Assembly (NCBI RefSeq): GCF_001194135.2
Contig: NC_068990.1
Span: 68,963,725 to 69,001,419, forward strand
Origin: Octopus bimaculoides
Taxonomy: Eukaryota
Direction of reading: 5' to 3'
Length of the DNA stretch: 37,695 bases
Part shown: in pieces, positions 34,234 to 37,695 of the stretch
Position numbering within the stretch: the first letter of the stretch is position 1
How the letters are laid out: every line of letters begins with the position of its first letter
The notes under the pieces: model-generated
What the model saw: only the letters and a program-made list of their open reading frames with translations
Told to the model about the DNA's origin: nothing
Database searches by the model: none
Program-made: the position numbers and the translations under genes

Positions 34234-35401
34234 AAGCCTATATTCAGTTCCAGCATATATATCTATGGACACACAGATGCACATATATTGTATACATCCA
34301 TATATGTATGTATACAAACACACATTCACACACATGCATATGTATGTATGTACGTATGTATGTATGCGCACATACGTACACACATACATATGTTCATGTG
34401 CATATATTAATGCTTGCTTTTTACTTAGAGTTCTAAGGAAAAAATTATTTAAGATCATACTGAAGGAATTCTCAAAACTTTTTCAAAGTGTTCATATTTA
34501 TCATTCTTTTACAAGAGGCATGATAGTGATTTCGAAGCGATGGTGGAAGTTCAAGATAGCTACATGAGATTGGGAGATCGTTCAATGCGGGCGTGCACAC
34601 AGCAGACTAACACACATTCGCACCAGATACGCACATTCAGATATTCAGATGCGACATACAACATCTGTAAAGGTAACTGGTGTCGCTTAAAGTTATTACC
34701 TCATTAGCTAGGCAGCGAGGCGACACCAACAACCTGTCCGACCATGCAGTCCAAGAAGAAATGATTTCCTCATCACCAATATCAATAACACCATGTGGTC
34801 AGCCTTGACTAATAGTTGCCAGATCTCCTGTAGACATCTTTAACTTACTCCAACTCTTCAATCGGTCACCTCTTCCTGAGGAGCTAGGTTCCTGTGCCAA
34901 ACCTACGAAACTTTAAGCTCCATGGAGCAGAATCAACCTATTAAATACACAAGCACACGCGTGCGCGCGCATATATGCATACATAGATATGTACATATAT
35001 GTATATATACATACATATATAAACATATAAATATATGCACATATACAAAAACATATACAAGCTAAATATATATAACACATTCCATGAATTTCTTCCACAT
35101 TATCATTATTTTCCATCTCCAAGAAATGTCACATGTCACGAATTGTTTAATTTATATATCCCAGGTTATGTCATACTGATGAATTCTAAAAAGAATGAAA
35201 TAGTGTTACACATCATTACACTGACTAGAAATTTTATGAACATCGTAATAAGTAAACAAAAAAATGAAAGAAACATTAGATATGCGTATTCTATGCATAT
35301 TTTTCTTTATTTCTAAATCTCAAATCCTATGATTAAATGATTATCTCCCTTGTAATAACCCTCTAGTAGTCAACGACACGGGCATATATATTTTGGGTAT
35401 A

Positions 35402-35444
<43 letters not shown>

Positions 35445-36119
35445 NNNNNNNNNNNNNNNNNNNNNNNNNNNNNNNNNNNNNNNNNNNNNNNNNNNNNNNN
35501 NNNNNNNNNNNNNNNNNNNNNNNNNNNNNNNNNNNNNNNNNNNNNNNNNNNNNNNNNNNNNNNNNNNNNNNNNNNNNNNNNNNNNNNNNNNNNNNNNNNN
35601 NNNNNNNNNNNNNNNNNNNNNNNNNNNNNNNNNNNNNNNNNNNNNNNNNNNNNNNNNNNNNNNNNNNNNNNNNNNNNNNNNNNNNNNNNNNNNNNNNNNN
35701 NNNNNNNNNNNNNNNNNNNNNNNNNNNNNNNNNNNNNNNNNNNNNNNNNNNNNNNNNNNNNNNNNNNNNNNNNNNNNNNNNNNNNNNNNNNNNNNNNNNN
35801 NNNNNNNNNNNNNNNNNNNNNNNNNNNNNNNNNNNNNNNNNNNNNNNNNNNNNNNNNNNNNNNNNNNNNNNNNNNNNNNNNNNNNNNNNNNNNNNNNNNN
35901 NNNNNNNNNNNNNNNNNNNNNNNNNNNNNNNNNNNNNNNNNNNNNNNNNNNNNNNNNNNNNNNNNNNNNNNNNNNNNNNNNNNNNNNNNNNNNNNNNNNN
36001 NNNNNNNNNNNNNNNNNNNNNNNNNNNNNNNNNNNNNNNNNNNNNNNNNNNNNNNNNNNNNNNNNNNNNNNNNNNNNNNNNNNNNNNNNNNNNNNNNNNN
36101 NNNNNNNNNNNNNNNNNNN
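35445..36119. other. Assembly gap flanked by (TA)n
   Basis: N characters. Confidence 1.
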
Positions 36120-36789
36120 ATATATATACATCCATCCATAATACATACATACATACATGCATGCATAAATATATGCATGCGTAGCTGTTTCCTACTTGTA
36201 GTTATACATGCGCTTTGTTTACCAGCGGGTCTGTGTCCTGGTTTCCAAATTTCTCTTTAAATCTCATCTACTCTTCCTTCACCTCCTCCGCCTCATCCTC
36301 CAACTGAGTTTGCCAATAACATTTCGGTTTATTTGTTTGCTTTAGACATCAGCCCACCTTTCGTCTGTAAACAACTAACTTCCTAACTTCAAGACCAATG
36401 CACTAACTTAATCGATAACCAAGTCTATATGGCATGTACATAGAAACTAATGAACACACTCCATACTTACGTAGCACACACATACACACCTGTAAGTATA
36501 CGTGTGTGTGTTCGTGTTTGTACATACATATATAGATAGATATGTGTATATATATACATGTGTGTGTATATATATATATATGTATATGTATATACATATA
36601 TGTGTACATATATGTATGTACATATATGTATGTATGTGTGTGTATATGTATATATATGAATATTCACATACTCCATAAAACACATACTTACACTCCATGA
36701 GCATTTACGCAAACACATGCCTAGGTTTTTTATTCCCTGGCTATCAAGTCTTAAGACACTCTCTTCCTGCAGCTCTGCTGCGGTGTTTC

Positions 36790-36916
36790 TAACATCTTCT
36801 CCTCCTCCTCTTCTTCATCCTCCTCCCCGTCAAAATCATCATCAGCATCATCATCGTCATCATTATCAGCATCATTATCATCATTTACCGCAACAAATCC
36901 ACCACCATCACCATAG
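36790..36916. repeat. Degenerate (CCT)n/(CAT)n/(CAC)n trinucleotide region
   Basis: Read directly; produces the poly-His ORF 36717..36920. Confidence 0.8.
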
Positions 36917-37424
36917 TTGACAGAAACATTTGCATGGTTGGCAACCTGCCCATTTTTTCCTTCACAATTAATAAATAATTAATGATTAACATCATTATCT
37001 TATTTTCTGCTAAAGATAGAGAGAAGGTGCAGTCCTCGAGTGAATTAATTGAAAGAGGGTGAAAGTTCCAAAAATGGCAAAAGTGTACGCTACTGCCCCA
37101 AGGACAGGCATGTCAGTCGGAAAACAATAATTGGAGAGGGTGCTTGCCCTTAGTGTTCCGGGAGATCTTGGATGGTGGCGTTCTTTGATTATCCCTAGAG
37201 ATCCGCAGTAGCATGAGGACAACATTACTATTATTTTTTGCTTTTTTACTGTTGTATGCTATGTATACTTTTGTTTGTTATATTATATACAGTGTATGTT
37301 TTCTACTTTTTTATCATTTCTTTATATGGAAACTCACACACACACACTTATATCTGTCTTTGTATTGCCACAATCACACACTCACCCACCTCATCCGTCA
37401 CCCTGGCGGTAAATAAAGGAAATC

Positions 37425-37518
<94 letters not shown>
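37425..37518. repeat. (TTC)n-(TTA)n compound microsatellite
   Basis: Read directly. Confidence 0.95.
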
Positions 37519-37519
<1 letters not shown>

Positions 37520-37695
37520 GTTGTTTTTTTCTTCTTTCTTAAAATTTTCTTCCATTTCTCGCGGAGTGTTTTCCGTACACCTAGGGCAGAGAAACTCGTT
37601 GTATGCATTCCCAGTTTACACACGCAAATTCACAGGTAAAACATGTATTTAAGAAAAAAAAAGTATAAATTACTGTTCATACTTATATGTATATA

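Noticed and set aside
34760-34920. Minus-strand GRG..P..SW resemblance to an RTE 3' end, and a 9-bp inverted repeat TGGTGTCGC/GCGACACCA nearby
   Set aside because: Requires several indels; the short inverted repeat is not significant alone.
37040-37200. PRTG.SVG ... WRSLI peptides reminiscent of an RTE C-terminus
   Set aside because: Too few conserved residues to separate from chance.

Overview
Repeat-dense, AT-rich eukaryotic non-coding DNA (intronic or intergenic) from a draft assembly, with 9 N-gaps totalling about 3.4 kb. I found no host-gene exon I can support; nearly all long ORFs in the track are translated microsatellites or N-runs. The tRNA-headed SINEs, TAA-associated retroelements and very high microsatellite load resemble coleoid cephalopod (Octopus-type) genomes, but that assignment is from recall, not a search. 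Identifiable content: the 3' end of an R4/Dong-like RLE LINE, a mariner relic, about 15 SINE copies (including a head-to-tail train and two inverted pairs), CR1/L2-like and RTE LINE relics, a Ty3/Gypsy-like 5' LTR with tRNA-Leu PBS and gag stub, a Penelope RT relic beside a minimal hammerhead-ribozyme motif with a variant core, and two fold-back (long inverted repeat) elements. I do not see a convincing new gene system; the most interesting signals are RNA-structure and retroelement-targeting features.
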